64,000 bases of DNA from contig CAWEYG010000001.1 of NCBI GenBank assembly GCA_963813155.1, forward strand, positions 800,001-864,000. The letters run 5' to 3'. Every line of letters starts with the position of its first letter. The stretch's first letter is position 1. Below, one piece after another: positions 28,275-38,525 of this stretch. The stretch is from an uncultured Acidobacteriota bacterium. GTDB taxonomy: Bacteria; Acidobacteriota; Thermoanaerobaculia; UBA5066; DATFVB01. The notes under the pieces were generated by a model that ran no database searches, was not told the DNA's origin, and saw only the letters and a list, made by a program, of their open reading frames with translations. Both the position numbers and the translations under genes were made by a program.

Positions 28275-28730
28275 TCACTCCCCCTCGTCTCTCACTTTCA
28301 CATCCTTGACTTCGAGGATTTGCGAAATGACGATCGCCCGCATCCCCTTCCGCTCAAACGCAATCCCCGTCGCCCGCACGTACTTGCCCACGAACGGCAT
28401 CAGCTTCTCCGTCTGGCCGGAGTCCGGCATCTTGTCGGAAATCGGCAAATACAAATCGCCGTCCTTCGTCAGGATCGCGATCGGCGACCCGCCCTTCAAG
28501 CAATCCGTCACGCACTTCAGGCTCATGCTCGTCGCATTCCCGTCCAGGTTCTGAATCGGGCAAGCGACATCGCGCACCAGTCCTTCGATCGTCACCTCCG
28601 ACCGATTCGCCCGCGACCCCTCCATCGAAGTCTTCTGGGCGGGCTTCTGGGCAGGCGGAGCGCCCGCCGCCAACCCGACCGCGGCTATTCCGGATACTGC
28701 AACTAAGAAGAGTCTGAGGATTCGCTTCAT
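28275..28730 (-). CDS. Secreted hypothetical protein with C...CxxxC motif
   Basis: RBS AAGGAG; MKRILRLFL signal; DVAC...KCVTDCLKGGSP. Confidence 0.7.
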   Translation of the reverse strand: MKRILRLFLVAVSGIAAVGLAAGAPPAQKPAQKTSMEGSRANRSEVTIEGLVRDVACPIQNLDGNATSMSLKCVTDCLKGGSPIAILTKDGDLYLPISDKMPDSGQTEKLMPFVGKYVRATGIAFERKGMRAIVISQILEVKDVKVRDEGE

Positions 28731-28744
28731 GGCTTCTCCTTTCG

Positions 28745-29027
28745 TCAGCTCGGCGGCCAGCGGCGGGCCGCTTCTTCGTAAGCCTTTTTTCGGTGCACGA
28801 TCGCCCAGACCCGCACGCGCTTCGGCTGGATCTCGAAGACCACGCGGTAGTCCCCGACGCGCAGCTTCCACAGGCCCGCGAGCGACTGGCGGAGGCGAGT
28901 TCCGTATTTTTCGGGCTCCGAGCTCAGCCGCGCTTCGATCGCGCGGACGATCCGGCGCTGCAGGTTCTTCGGGATTTCCGGGAAGTCCTCGTCGAGGACC
29001 TCCTAGCCGGTACTCGATCTCGAACAA
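28745..29027 (-). CDS. RelE/ParE-family toxin with a one-base frameshift near 29003
   Basis: MFEIEYR / EVLDEDFPEIPKNLQRRIVRAIEARL...LAGLWKLRVGDYRVVFEI...IVHRKKAY. Confidence 0.8.
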
Positions 29028-29040
29028 GCTCGGCGCTGCG

Positions 29041-29280
29041 TCAGGAAATGCCGAGCCGGCGCTTCACGTCGGCCTGCGACACCCACCGGCCGCCGCGCGA
29101 GGCCGCGCGGCGCTTCGCGATCGCGTCGAGACCGGCGTCCTCCTGCAGCTCCAGCGCCTCGCGAACGAGGTCGTTGACCTTGTGGGACAGGGAAATGCCG
29201 TCCCGCTTCGCAAGGCGAGCGACCGCCGCGTAAGTTTCGGGGGCGAGGACGGTGTTCACGCGGGGGTTTTTCGAGGGCAT
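29041..29280 (-). CDS. Ribbon-helix-helix antitoxin
   Basis: 79 aa, RVNTVL...LAKRDGISLS..V..LVREALE; directly upstream of the toxin. Confidence 0.8.
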   Translation of the reverse strand: MPSKNPRVNTVLAPETYAAVARLAKRDGISLSHKVNDLVREALELQEDAGLDAIAKRRAASRGGRWVSQADVKRRLGIS

Positions 29281-29401
29281 GGGAGCCTCCGGGAGAAGTG
29301 TAACATAAGTGGAACACCATCGTGGGCCCGAGCGTAATACACGGAATCAAGCCCCCCAGACCGGCCCCACGCTCGAAGTGACGCTATAGAATTGGCCAAA
29401 A

Positions 29402-30544
29402 ATGACCGAAAGCAAGATTCGCGCTGGGGAAATCATTAAGTTTCTGCGTCAACGCGATTATGAACTGATTAAAGAACTCGGCCAAGGAGCGTGCGGTCAA
29501 ACGGTTCTTTTGCGTGACGAGCAGATCGACGAATACCTAGTCTGTAAGAAATATCTCCCATACTCAGAATCCCAACGTGAACAGCTTTTCGCTAATTTTG
29601 TTCGTGAAATCAAGTTGCTCCACCAAATCCACCATCCAAACGTAGTTCGAGTGTTCAACCATTACCTATATCCCGACCACTTTGCCGGCTACATTCTTAT
29701 GGAGTATGTAGACGGAACACCGATTGACGTCTTCCTGGCGGGTTCTCCAGAATCAGCCAACGACTTATTTCGGCAATCAATCGACGGGTTCACATACCTC
29801 GAGCGCGCCGGAATATTGCACCGAGACATACGTCCCGGGAACGTACTTGTTCGCGCCGATGGCACCCTCAAGATAATTGATCTCGGCTTCGGAAAGAGAG
29901 TCGAAACGTCGGGCGACTTCGATAAGAGCATCAGTCTGAACCTGTGGTGTCAACCCCCCGAAGAATTCAAAATATCTAGGTACGATTTTGCGACCGAGGT
30001 GTATTTCGTTGGCAAGCTTTTTGAGAAAATTATCCAAGACCACGGCATCGGAGATTTCAAGTACACCTCCGCGCTCAGAGCCATGTGTGTGTTAGATCCA
30101 GCTGGTCGAATTCAGAGATTTTCGGAGGTCGAGCAGTCGGTACTCGCCGACCAGTTCTCCGAGATCGGATTTGGTGACGAGGAGTTGGCGGCATACCGGA
30201 ACTTTGCGGATGCGGTGTGGAAACAGGTCACGAAGATCAAAACCGGAACAACTTACATAACAGACGTCGGTCGAGTACTAGCCCAACTAAGCGAGAGCTA
30301 TCGAGCAATGATGCTTGAACAAAATGTGCCTAACGCCGGGGTTATCCTGAGCAAACTCCTAGTCGGAAGCTACTACTACAAGCGAACAGGAATGCCAGTG
30401 CGAGTCGTAAAGAATTTTATCCAGCTTTTAAAAGGCGCGACGGACGAGAAGGGAAGGATTATTTTGGCAAACCTCCACACAAAACTAGACGCGATACCGA
30501 GATACGACGACGACCCCGACGAGGACGAGGACGTCCCGTTCTGA
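29402..30544 (+). CDS. Cytoplasmic Ser/Thr protein kinase with uncharacterised C-terminal domain (lower GC)
   Basis: LGQGACG, HRDIRPGN, IDLGFG; no TM segment; AT-richer than flanks. Confidence 0.85.
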   Translation: MTESKIRAGEIIKFLRQRDYELIKELGQGACGQTVLLRDEQIDEYLVCKKYLPYSESQREQLFANFVREIKLLHQIHHPNVVRVFNHYLYPDHFAGYILMEYVDGTPIDVFLAGSPESANDLFRQSIDGFTYLERAGILHRDIRPGNVLVRADGTLKIIDLGFGKRVETSGDFDKSISLNLWCQPPEEFKISRYDFATEVYFVGKLFEKIIQDHGIGDFKYTSALRAMCVLDPAGRIQRFSEVEQSVLADQFSEIGFGDEELAAYRNFADAVWKQVTKIKTGTTYITDVGRVLAQLSESYRAMMLEQNVPNAGVILSKLLVGSYYYKRTGMPVRVVKNFIQLLKGATDEKGRIILANLHTKLDAIPRYDDDPDEDEDVPF

Positions 30545-30649
30545 CCCGAGGCGATAGGGACGGTCTTGTTTTAGCGTATTTCGAGGCGAGCCGCCGATGA
30601 TGCGCCCTCATTCCCTGCAGCCGCGGGGAAGTGGCTGCGAGAATCGTGG

Positions 30650-31333
30650 CTACGGGGCATACGCTATTGGGTTTTGGGCGCCATCCGGCAGCAAGTGAGC
30701 GACTGAGCCGGTCAGATACCTCTGCCGAACCTGTTCCGGCGCGACCACGCCTTGGAATTCCCAGCGGCCAGGCCATCTCTCGTCGGCGACCCGGCTTTGA
30801 TATGGGGTCGCTCCCGCTGGGTGCCAGCTCCGGATCTCGTAGACTTCTCTGACAATCCCACGGTAGACCGCGAGAGCGTATTTCGCCGACTCCCGCCGTT
30901 CGCCCACCTTCCAAACTCCCCGGGTTGCATCGTAGAGCTCATCGGCGCTCATCCCCGGCACGTAGAGACGATTGATCCGGATTAGGATCAACGGGTCGGC
31001 GACGTCAACCGGCTGGGCGGCGTAGCGAACGAGCAAGTCGATAATTGGTTCACGCCCAAGTTCAATCCCCTGGCCGCGGACCTTGTTGGTAAGACGATCG
31101 GGACCGATCGCGTCGATAAGCGCTCGCTCGACGTGAAACGCTGTCGCCTCATCGGGGAGCCCGTGTGCGATAACGTCGACCCTGTGTCCTTTGAGGCGAA
31201 TCAGGTGCGCGAGCGCACGCTGTCCCCGGCCTTTTCCGATATAGCTGATTTGACCGTCGGTCGGGTTTACGTACGCGTACACGTACCAGCCCAAACGCTC
31301 AACGACGGCCTGAGGAATACGCGATAGGTCCAC
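30650..31333 (-). CDS. GIY-YIG (LEM-3-like) nuclease domain protein
   Basis: YVYAYVNP...YIGKGRGQRALAH...AFHVERALID...LTNKVRG. Confidence 0.8.
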   Translation of the reverse strand: MDLSRIPQAVVERLGWYVYAYVNPTDGQISYIGKGRGQRALAHLIRLKGHRVDVIAHGLPDEATAFHVERALIDAIGPDRLTNKVRGQGIELGREPIIDLLVRYAAQPVDVADPLILIRINRLYVPGMSADELYDATRGVWKVGERRESAKYALAVYRGIVREVYEIRSWHPAGATPYQSRVADERWPGRWEFQGVVAPEQVRQRYLTGSVAHLLPDGAQNPIAYAP

Positions 31334-31340
31334 CGACTTC

Positions 31341-34283
31341 CTACGCTTGCTTCCCTCCCGACCCCGTCGCCGCAGCTCCGCGAGGCGACAGCTTGCCGGA
31401 GGGCCGCTTTGAAATCGGTGCGGGCGTCGGAGGGTGAAGTGTATCGATGTTTGGCGCCAAGACGTCGACGGTCACTTCAGCGAGAAACGAAGTGCCAAAT
31501 TCGTCCTTGACGTCAAACTGAAAATAATCGACCCCAGAAAAACCCGGGTTCGGCGTGTAAACGACGGTTCCGTGAATCGAGTCAAAATTCGAAAGAATAC
31601 CCGACTGTGGCTGACCCACTATTTCGAAAACGAGATCCTGCGCCGCCCCGGTCGGATCGGTTGCAGACAGGTAGATGAAGTCACCCAGGCCCGGCCGGGT
31701 CGCCGCCGCGACGTCGTTCGCGAACGGTGGCATCGGGGTCACGCCCGCTTCGATGTCGAGAGAAAATGGCTGCACCGCGAGAAATCCGTCCGCATCCTGC
31801 ACCACGAGGAAGAATTTGTACTGCCCTTCGCCCGTGGGGATCCCGGAGATAAGCCCCTCCAGGGAAAGGCCGAGCCCCGTCGGAAACCGGGTGAGCTGGC
31901 CCCGAGCCGCCGACCACCCGAATCGGTACGGGGGAGTCCCCCCGGCACCGGCGAGCTGCAGGGGGCCGTAAGTCTCAAATTGCTTTGCCGAGGGTAGCGA
32001 TGCCGGCGTGACCGCCAGGCTCGGCGGACTCGACGCGATGGTGAAGAGAACGCCCCCTCCCCATTCGCCCGTGACCGCGGCGGTCCCGATGATCTGTCCC
32101 GTCGAATCGATCGCGAGGCCACCGTTCGGAAAAGCTCCATCGAGCGACGCTGAAAAACTTGTCAGAACCGTGAACCCGGACCCGTCCCTCGACACGCGAA
32201 ACACAGTGCCTGCCCCAGCGTCGTCATCGCCTCCCTGCGACGTCGCGCCGACGAGCATTCCCGATCCGTCGATCGTGAGCGGAGGAGTGGGAGTGTTCCC
32301 ATCCTTCAAGTCGAGCGAAGCGAAGGTGTGAAGTGCGGTGTAGCTGTCGCCGGACCTCGACATTCGAAAGACCGCGCTGGCGGTACACCCGTACAGAGCC
32401 CCGGATTCATCGAGAATCAGCGGACCCAACGGGGGGGCGTCGCCAGCGTGATTGAAAACCCGGATGGTCGAGAAGGAGCCGGAGCTCGTGACCTTGAAGA
32501 CCGTCGCGAGGTAGGTGCCGAAGAGGTTCCCGCTGGAGTCGCGCACCAGGGGAGCCGCCGAGTCGGCGCCCGGAAGGGACTTCAGCACTTTCAATTCCGA
32601 GCTTCCGATGGTGAGCTCATAGATTGTCCCGGTGCGAGTCATGCCGTACAGATGGCCGGCCGAATCCGAAACGACGCCGACCGGGCCGAACCCGTCGGCT
32701 CCGCCGGAAAACCGGTACAGGACCGAATAGGTGAATCCCGAAGATCCTTTCGACAGCTCAAAAATCGTCCCGGCATTCCAACGCGGGTCCCCGCCAATCA
32801 GGGTCGTGCCATAGAGGTTGCCGGAACTGTCGGCCGACAAACCGCCGGACGGGTTCGCACCGTCGTTCATCGCAACACCCGCGAACGTGTGGAGAATTTC
32901 GAGTTGAGGCGGGGACGACCCCGCGGGATGGATGGCGAGGACGGTGCCATTCCCCCAGGCCCCGCCCGCGCTCAGGGTCGTCACGATCGTGCCATCCGGC
33001 AGGGTCGTCAGGAGATCCAAGGGATGGCCCCCTTCGAGGCCTTCTCCCCCCGATAGCAGCGCGTTGAGAACATAGCCGCCGTTTCCGGGCGCCAGCTCAA
33101 AAAGCGTGTTCTTGAGATAGGGCGGTTTTCCCAGAGCGAGGACTGAACCCGCCCCGACCGCCGCCGACCATCCTGCAGGCACGAAGCTGTTCTGGTCGAA
33201 ATGCAGCAGCGTGAAAAATGTCCACGCGCTCCCCCCGGTGCCGGTGATCCTGAAGAACGAGCTCGAGGTCGAAGCCGAGGGATCGACGGCAAAGCCGTAG
33301 ATTGCGCCGTTCGCATCGATCGAGACTCCCGACCGGGCCGTCATCCCGTCGTCACCGCCCGAAAATGTGTGCAGCACATGAAACCCGTAACCGCCCGAGC
33401 CGTCGGGCGAGAGCTGGAACACGACGCCCCCGGCTGGATAGGCCCGGGAAGCGCCGAACACATTACCTTTCGAATCGACGGACAAGTCATCGAATGGGTA
33501 TCCGCCGTCGGGCCCATTCGTGAACGTGTAAATAACGCGGTACACCCAGCTCGTCGACAACTTCTGGAGCTCGAAAATGTCTCCAGCAAACCCGTCTCCG
33601 TAGTATCGCGCACCGAAGAGATTTCCTGACGCGTCAATCGAAAGGGAAAGGATGGAATTTCCATCGTATTGTTCGAATGAGTAGAGAGTCGCAAACGCCC
33701 CGGTCGGGCTCACGGAAAAGATCGTTCCTTCCCCCTTGGGGCCGCCCCGCGTCGTCGCACCATAAACCGTTCCGTCCGCCGCCACGGCGAGGTTCCCCAT
33801 CGAAACCGCGCCGTCGGAATTCTGGTTGTCGACCAGGGCCGAAAATCCGTGCAGCGTCTTGAATGCGTAGCTTCCGTTGGCCTGAGGCGAAAGCTCGAAC
33901 ACCGTACCCGGCCCGCTCGGCCCGTCCGGGTTCGGAACGCCAGCCTCCGTGGTGCCGTACAGGTTTCCGAAGCGATCGATGGCCATCCCCGCTACAGGGC
34001 TCCACCCGTCGAGCGCAGGGTTGAATGAATGGAGGATCGTCAAATTGGATGTTCCACCATCGGATTTCGAAAGCTTGAAGACGGTTCCACTGTCGAATTC
34101 TCCGCCGTCAACGGTGTCGCCGAAGAGGTTTCCGGCGCCATCCGTCGCCACTGGGTTGATCACCGTGCCGATCTTTGAAAACGGGTGCAGGACGCGAACT
34201 GAAGACGGGAGCGCCGTGGCACGCGTCGAAAGAAAACAAAAACCCAGAAGCAGTACTAGGGTCGGGCGCTTTCGAGTCATCAA
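31341..34283 (-). CDS. Secreted tandem-repeat (GloVer-like) beta-propeller protein with Ig-like C-terminal domains
   Basis: Repeats LHxF...DGxxP...DxxGNLYGTT..GG....GTxF; GGTPPY...GLISGIPT and YTPNPGFSGVDYF Ig-like modules. Confidence 0.8.
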   Translation of the reverse strand: MMTRKRPTLVLLLGFCFLSTRATALPSSVRVLHPFSKIGTVINPVATDGAGNLFGDTVDGGEFDSGTVFKLSKSDGGTSNLTILHSFNPALDGWSPVAGMAIDRFGNLYGTTEAGVPNPDGPSGPGTVFELSPQANGSYAFKTLHGFSALVDNQNSDGAVSMGNLAVAADGTVYGATTRGGPKGEGTIFSVSPTGAFATLYSFEQYDGNSILSLSIDASGNLFGARYYGDGFAGDIFELQKLSTSWVYRVIYTFTNGPDGGYPFDDLSVDSKGNVFGASRAYPAGGVVFQLSPDGSGGYGFHVLHTFSGGDDGMTARSGVSIDANGAIYGFAVDPSASTSSSFFRITGTGGSAWTFFTLLHFDQNSFVPAGWSAAVGAGSVLALGKPPYLKNTLFELAPGNGGYVLNALLSGGEGLEGGHPLDLLTTLPDGTIVTTLSAGGAWGNGTVLAIHPAGSSPPQLEILHTFAGVAMNDGANPSGGLSADSSGNLYGTTLIGGDPRWNAGTIFELSKGSSGFTYSVLYRFSGGADGFGPVGVVSDSAGHLYGMTRTGTIYELTIGSSELKVLKSLPGADSAAPLVRDSSGNLFGTYLATVFKVTSSGSFSTIRVFNHAGDAPPLGPLILDESGALYGCTASAVFRMSRSGDSYTALHTFASLDLKDGNTPTPPLTIDGSGMLVGATSQGGDDDAGAGTVFRVSRDGSGFTVLTSFSASLDGAFPNGGLAIDSTGQIIGTAAVTGEWGGGVLFTIASSPPSLAVTPASLPSAKQFETYGPLQLAGAGGTPPYRFGWSAARGQLTRFPTGLGLSLEGLISGIPTGEGQYKFFLVVQDADGFLAVQPFSLDIEAGVTPMPPFANDVAAATRPGLGDFIYLSATDPTGAAQDLVFEIVGQPQSGILSNFDSIHGTVVYTPNPGFSGVDYFQFDVKDEFGTSFLAEVTVDVLAPNIDTLHPPTPAPISKRPSGKLSPRGAAATGSGGKQA

Positions 34284-34415
34284 ACCGTTAACAAGCCTAC
34301 TTGTAAAGCGCAGCGATTGACCGGGAATTTCTACTTCCTCGGCCCCTTCGCCGCACTCGACCCCGCGGGGATCCTCCCCATCCCTCCGCCTTCGCCCGCC
34401 ACCTGCGATCGCTCG

Positions 34416-35727
34416 CTACGTCGCGATCTCTCCGCCCTCCCTCCCCGGCGCCGTCGCGGCGAAGAACAGGCACACGAGCGGCGTCAGGAGGAGGCGCGGC
34501 GCGGTCCAGCGGATCCAGAGGGACGGGTCGAGATCTCCCCCGTGCAGGTAGCAAAAGACGATGAAGCCGAGGTAGCCCTCGGCGACGAGCGCCGGGGCGA
34601 GCCACTCTCTGCGGCGGGCGCCGAAGATCGCCATCACCCCGACCACGATCCACGGCGCGTAAGCCGAGTGGTAGTCTGCGTTCACCAGAATCCCCTTGAT
34701 CACCGTCCGCGCGAACCGCAGCGTGAACGGCCCGTTCGGCTGGCCGCCGTACGCCTCCACCATGCCGTGCCCGCGCGCGTACGCGATCCACAGCGCGAGC
34801 GACGCCGCGGGCAGACTGGCGAGGACGAGCGCGGGTCGCAGAGATCGGGTCCGGAGTAACCGCCAGCCGCCGTAGACGAGAACGACGAGTCCGGCGAACG
34901 CGGCCCCCTCGACCTTCGTCAGCGCGGCCCCCGCGAGCCCGAGCGACGCGACGAGGAGGCTGCCCGGCTCCGCCGGGAGAAACGTCAGCGCGCTCAGCGC
35001 GAGGACCTCGAAGAACAGCAGCGGCGGTTCCCCGTTGCCCGCGCACAGCGACGTCGCCAGGGGAAACGCGAGCAGCAGCACGAGGAGCATCGTCCGCTCC
35101 GCCGCCTGCCGATCCGGGATCGCGCGGCGCGCGGCGCTTCCGTAGGCCAGCGCGCTCAAAAGGACGAAGAGCGGAAGCGTGAGCACCGCGGCTCCCCACG
35201 GAAGCCGGCCCGCGAAGAGCGTGCCCCACGCGTACACGAACGGGACGAGCGGCGGGTAGTCCGGACGCAGGACGAACTGCGATCGGCTCGTCAGGTACGC
35301 CGGGTCGAGCCCCGCCGCCTGGGCGAAAGTGCTGCGCCTTGGGCCCCCAGAAGAGCAGAAGGTCGTCGCTCGTGGCCCGTCCGGAACCTGCGACATACGC
35401 GCAAAGGACGAGCCCGAGCCCGGCCATGAGGAGTGGCGGGATCGCGGAACGCGCCAAGGGCACGGAGCGCGCGGGCGTCCGGCGGCTTCGCCGCCAGCGG
35501 GACAGGACTCCCGCGAGGAGAAAGGGAGCGAGCAGCCCGACGATCGTCCAGGGCAGCCCGACCCACGACTCCAGGAGCATCGTCAGCGTGAGGGCGACCA
35601 TCCCGAGCGCCGAGAGCAGCGCGAGACCGCCGCGGCGGTCGCGCCCGCGCCAAAAAAGGAGCGGCGCGACGCACCCTCCCAATACCGGAAGCAGGACGAG
35701 CGCGGCGAGGAATCTCGTGCCGCTCAT
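34416..35727 (-). CDS. Polytopic membrane protein, GT-C glycosyltransferase-like (one frameshift near 35330)
   Basis: N-part in ORF 34297-35727 (DDLLLFWGPKA), C-part in ORF 34416-35396 (RPDYPPLVP...TKVEG). Confidence 0.6.
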
Positions 35728-36170
35728 CGCGCGACGAAGAGCCTTCCTCCGGGGAACCGCTCGAGGAGGTTGTATCCGTCCGAGCGGAGCCCGCCGCGGG
35801 AGTCGTCGACCGCATACGGAGCCAGGACGCGGCCTCGCGTTTCGATCTGTGCGGCCGTGACCGGCACGACGTTCTGGTCGGGGAGCTCCGCCTCGGCGAG
35901 CAGCCAGCGATATTGCAGGATCCAGGGGTCGGCGCCGCCCGGCTGCACGAGAAGGACAGTCGCGCCGCGGGGCAGGTCAGGTCGGATCTGGCCGAGAAAG
36001 AGAATGAAAGGCTCCCATCGACGCTGAGCCGGCGGGCCGTTCGCGTAGACGGTCGAAGGGCGAGCGAGAGTCAGCGGCCCCGCTCGCCGACCCTCCGAAA
36101 CCAGGAAGAAAAGGAGAACGATCGTGCTCACCCACGCGGCGAGTGAGCCGAGGAAACTTCGACCGTTCAT
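35724..36170 (-). CDS. Hypothetical membrane-anchored protein
   Basis: N-terminal TM; stop overlaps the next ATG (ATGA). Confidence 0.55.
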   Translation of the reverse strand: MNGRSFLGSLAAWVSTIVLLFFLVSEGRRAGPLTLARPSTVYANGPPAQRRWEPFILFLGQIRPDLPRGATVLLVQPGGADPWILQYRWLLAEAELPDQNVVPVTAAQIETRGRVLAPYAVDDSRGGLRSDGYNLLERFPGGRLFVAR

Positions 36171-36352
36171 CCGCCTTCGCCCTGCGATCTTCGATGGCGA
36201 CGCTTCCGACTACGCCAGCAGGCTTCGTCGCGACGGGTCGGCGCGATCTACTTCGCGGGCGCGGCCCCCTCGATTCCTCGTTCATCATCCGCCTTCGCGC
36301 GACCAGCTGCGCTGGTGGGCTACGGCGCGATCTTCCCCCTTCGCCGGTCGCA

Positions 36353-38403
36353 TCACTTACTCCTCGTTCCCGTCGACCCTGGCGTTTCGAATTCCTCCCC
36401 CATCCACTTCTTGAACGCGTCCATGTTCTGCGCGCGGCCGAGGAAGTTCTTGACGATGTCATTCGCGGATTCCGTGCCGCCCGGCTCGAGGACCGTCTTG
36501 CGGTAGCGCATCGAGGGACCGTCGGCGAGGAAATTGGATTTGTCGAACTGCGAGGCAAAGTCTTCCGCGATGACCTTGTCCCACAGGTACGTGTAGTACG
36601 CCGACGAGTAGCCTCCCAGATGCCCGAACGCCGCCCAGAAATGCGTGCCGGGGATCGGGACGACCTTCGTATATTTCTTCCACGCGTCGTACGTGATCTT
36701 GTCCGGATCCAGTTTCGACGGGTCGGCGATGTAGATCTCGTGCGAGATCGCCGACAGGGCGTCCTGGCCCGCGGCCCAGCTGCCGCGGCCGAACGCGGAG
36801 GCGCGGTTCATCCGGGCCACGAGCTCCGCCGGAATCGTCTCGCCCGTCTTGTAGTGCTTCGCGAAACCCGCGAGCACCTGCGGGCTGCGCAGGAACTCCT
36901 CGAGCATCTGCGACGGCGCCTCGATGAAATCGGCCTCCAGGTTCAGCGGGTTCGCGCCCGCCCACTGCTGCCGACCGGAGAGGATCCAGTGCACGAGATG
37001 GCCGAACTCGTGGAAGAACGTGACGACGTCGCCGTATTCCATCAGGCCGGGATCCGAATCCGTTTTCTCCGGGAAGTTGCAGACGAGAGCGGCTTCCGGC
37101 ATCTGCTTGCCCTGCGACGCCGTCGAATAGCGGGACCATGTTCGCGTGCGTGAACTTCCCCTTGCGCGGGTGCATGTCGAGGTAGATCCGCCCGATTCGC
37201 TGGTCCCCTTCCCACACCTGGAACGTCTCGACGGCCGGGTCCCAGCCGCCCGCGTCGGTCTCGGGCTCGAACCGGACGTGGAAGAGCTTCGCGGCCGTGT
37301 CGAGGATCCCCTGGCGGACCTGCGGGTACGGAAAGTACGGCCGCACGGACTGCGAGTCGAAGTCGTAGCTCGCGCGCCGGAGCTGCTCGCTCAGGTAGCT
37401 GTTCTCGAAGTCGTACACTTCCGTCGCTTTCGGATCGTGCTTGCGCTTTTCCGAGAGAATCATTCCGTACTCGCGCTCCATGATCGGCTTCGAGGCGGCG
37501 TTCACGTCCCGGATGAACCGGGCGACGCGTTCGCTCGTCACCGCCATCTTCGGCGCGGCGTCGGAGTCCGCCCACGTGCCGAATCCCAGAAGCTTCGCGA
37601 TCTCGGCGCGCGTCGCGGCCATCTTCAGCAGAGTCTCTTTGTTCTTCGGATACGCCCGGCTGTCGAACGCCTCGAACAGGCGGCGGCGGAACGCGGAGCT
37701 CTCCGCGAACTTCAGGGCCGGCAGCGTGTCCGGGTACGCCGACGTGATCTTGACCTTGCCGTCCGCGCCCGGCTTGTGCCGGTCGATGTAGTCCTGCGGC
37801 AGCCCTTTCAGCTCCGCCGGGTCGGCGTCGGTCGTCCGGAGGTCGTCGGCGATCGCGCGCTCGAACCCGGACTGTTCTTCGGTGAGGTCGTCGTTCAGTT
37901 TTTTGAGCTTCGCGCGGGTCGCGTCGTCCTTGTCGACGCCGCCGAGTTTGTACAGGACGAGCTGGCGCTGGACGTAATACTTCGTGGCGGGATCCGACGC
38001 GGCGAGGTCGAGCGCCGCGAGCGCGTCGTAGACGGCGCGGTTCAACGAGAGGTCGGTCTGCACGGCGCTGACCTTCCCCCTCATGGCGGTGGCGGCATCC
38101 CGGTAAGGCGCGTCGGCGGCGACCTGTTCCATGAGGTAGGCGAAGTAGATCGCCGAGTCGAGCTCGCGCGTCGCCTCGTCGTACGGGACGAGCGTGTTGT
38201 CGATCGTCCGCTTGCCTTTGGCCGCGACGATCGCGTCGATCGACTTCTTCGCGGCGTCGAGATGCGCGTCGTCGATCTTCTGGAACGCCGCGATGTCCGG
38301 CTTGTCCGCCCAGAGCGGCGGCGGAGAGCGCGGGATCCGCCGCGAGGGCGAGGGGCGCGGCGGCGAGGACCGCGAAGGAAACGCCGAGAAATCCGATGCG
38401 CAT
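36353..38403 (-). CDS. Secreted M3-family metallopeptidase (thimet oligopeptidase-like), frameshifted
   Basis: YLDMHPRKGK, FFHEFGH, DFIEAPSQMLE, FGHLGGYSSAYYTYLW; signal MRIGFLGVSF; pieces in ORFs 37042-39528, 36459-38132 and 36353-37102. Confidence 0.9.
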
Positions 38404-38458
38404 GGGTGATCTCCTTTTCAAGAAGCTATTTACGACCACCGAGAGCCAGGGTTTCATA

Positions 38459-38519
38459 ACCTCACCCCCGGCCTTCGGCCACCCCCTCTCCATCTGGAGA
38501 GGGGGACGGGGGGTGAGGT
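38459..38519. repeat. About 61-bp REP-like palindromic element, copy 1
   Basis: ACCTCACC-CCCGGCCTTCGGCCA-CCCCCTCTCCA-TC-TGGAGAGGGGG...GGTGAGGT. Confidence 0.85.
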
Positions 38520-38525
38520 CAGTTC

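Noticed and set aside
7955-34283. Periodic DNA repeats in ASPIC and GloVer genes as CRISPR arrays or DGR repeats
   Set aside because: They are protein-level repeats; no constant repeat-spacer array, cas gene or reverse transcriptase was seen.
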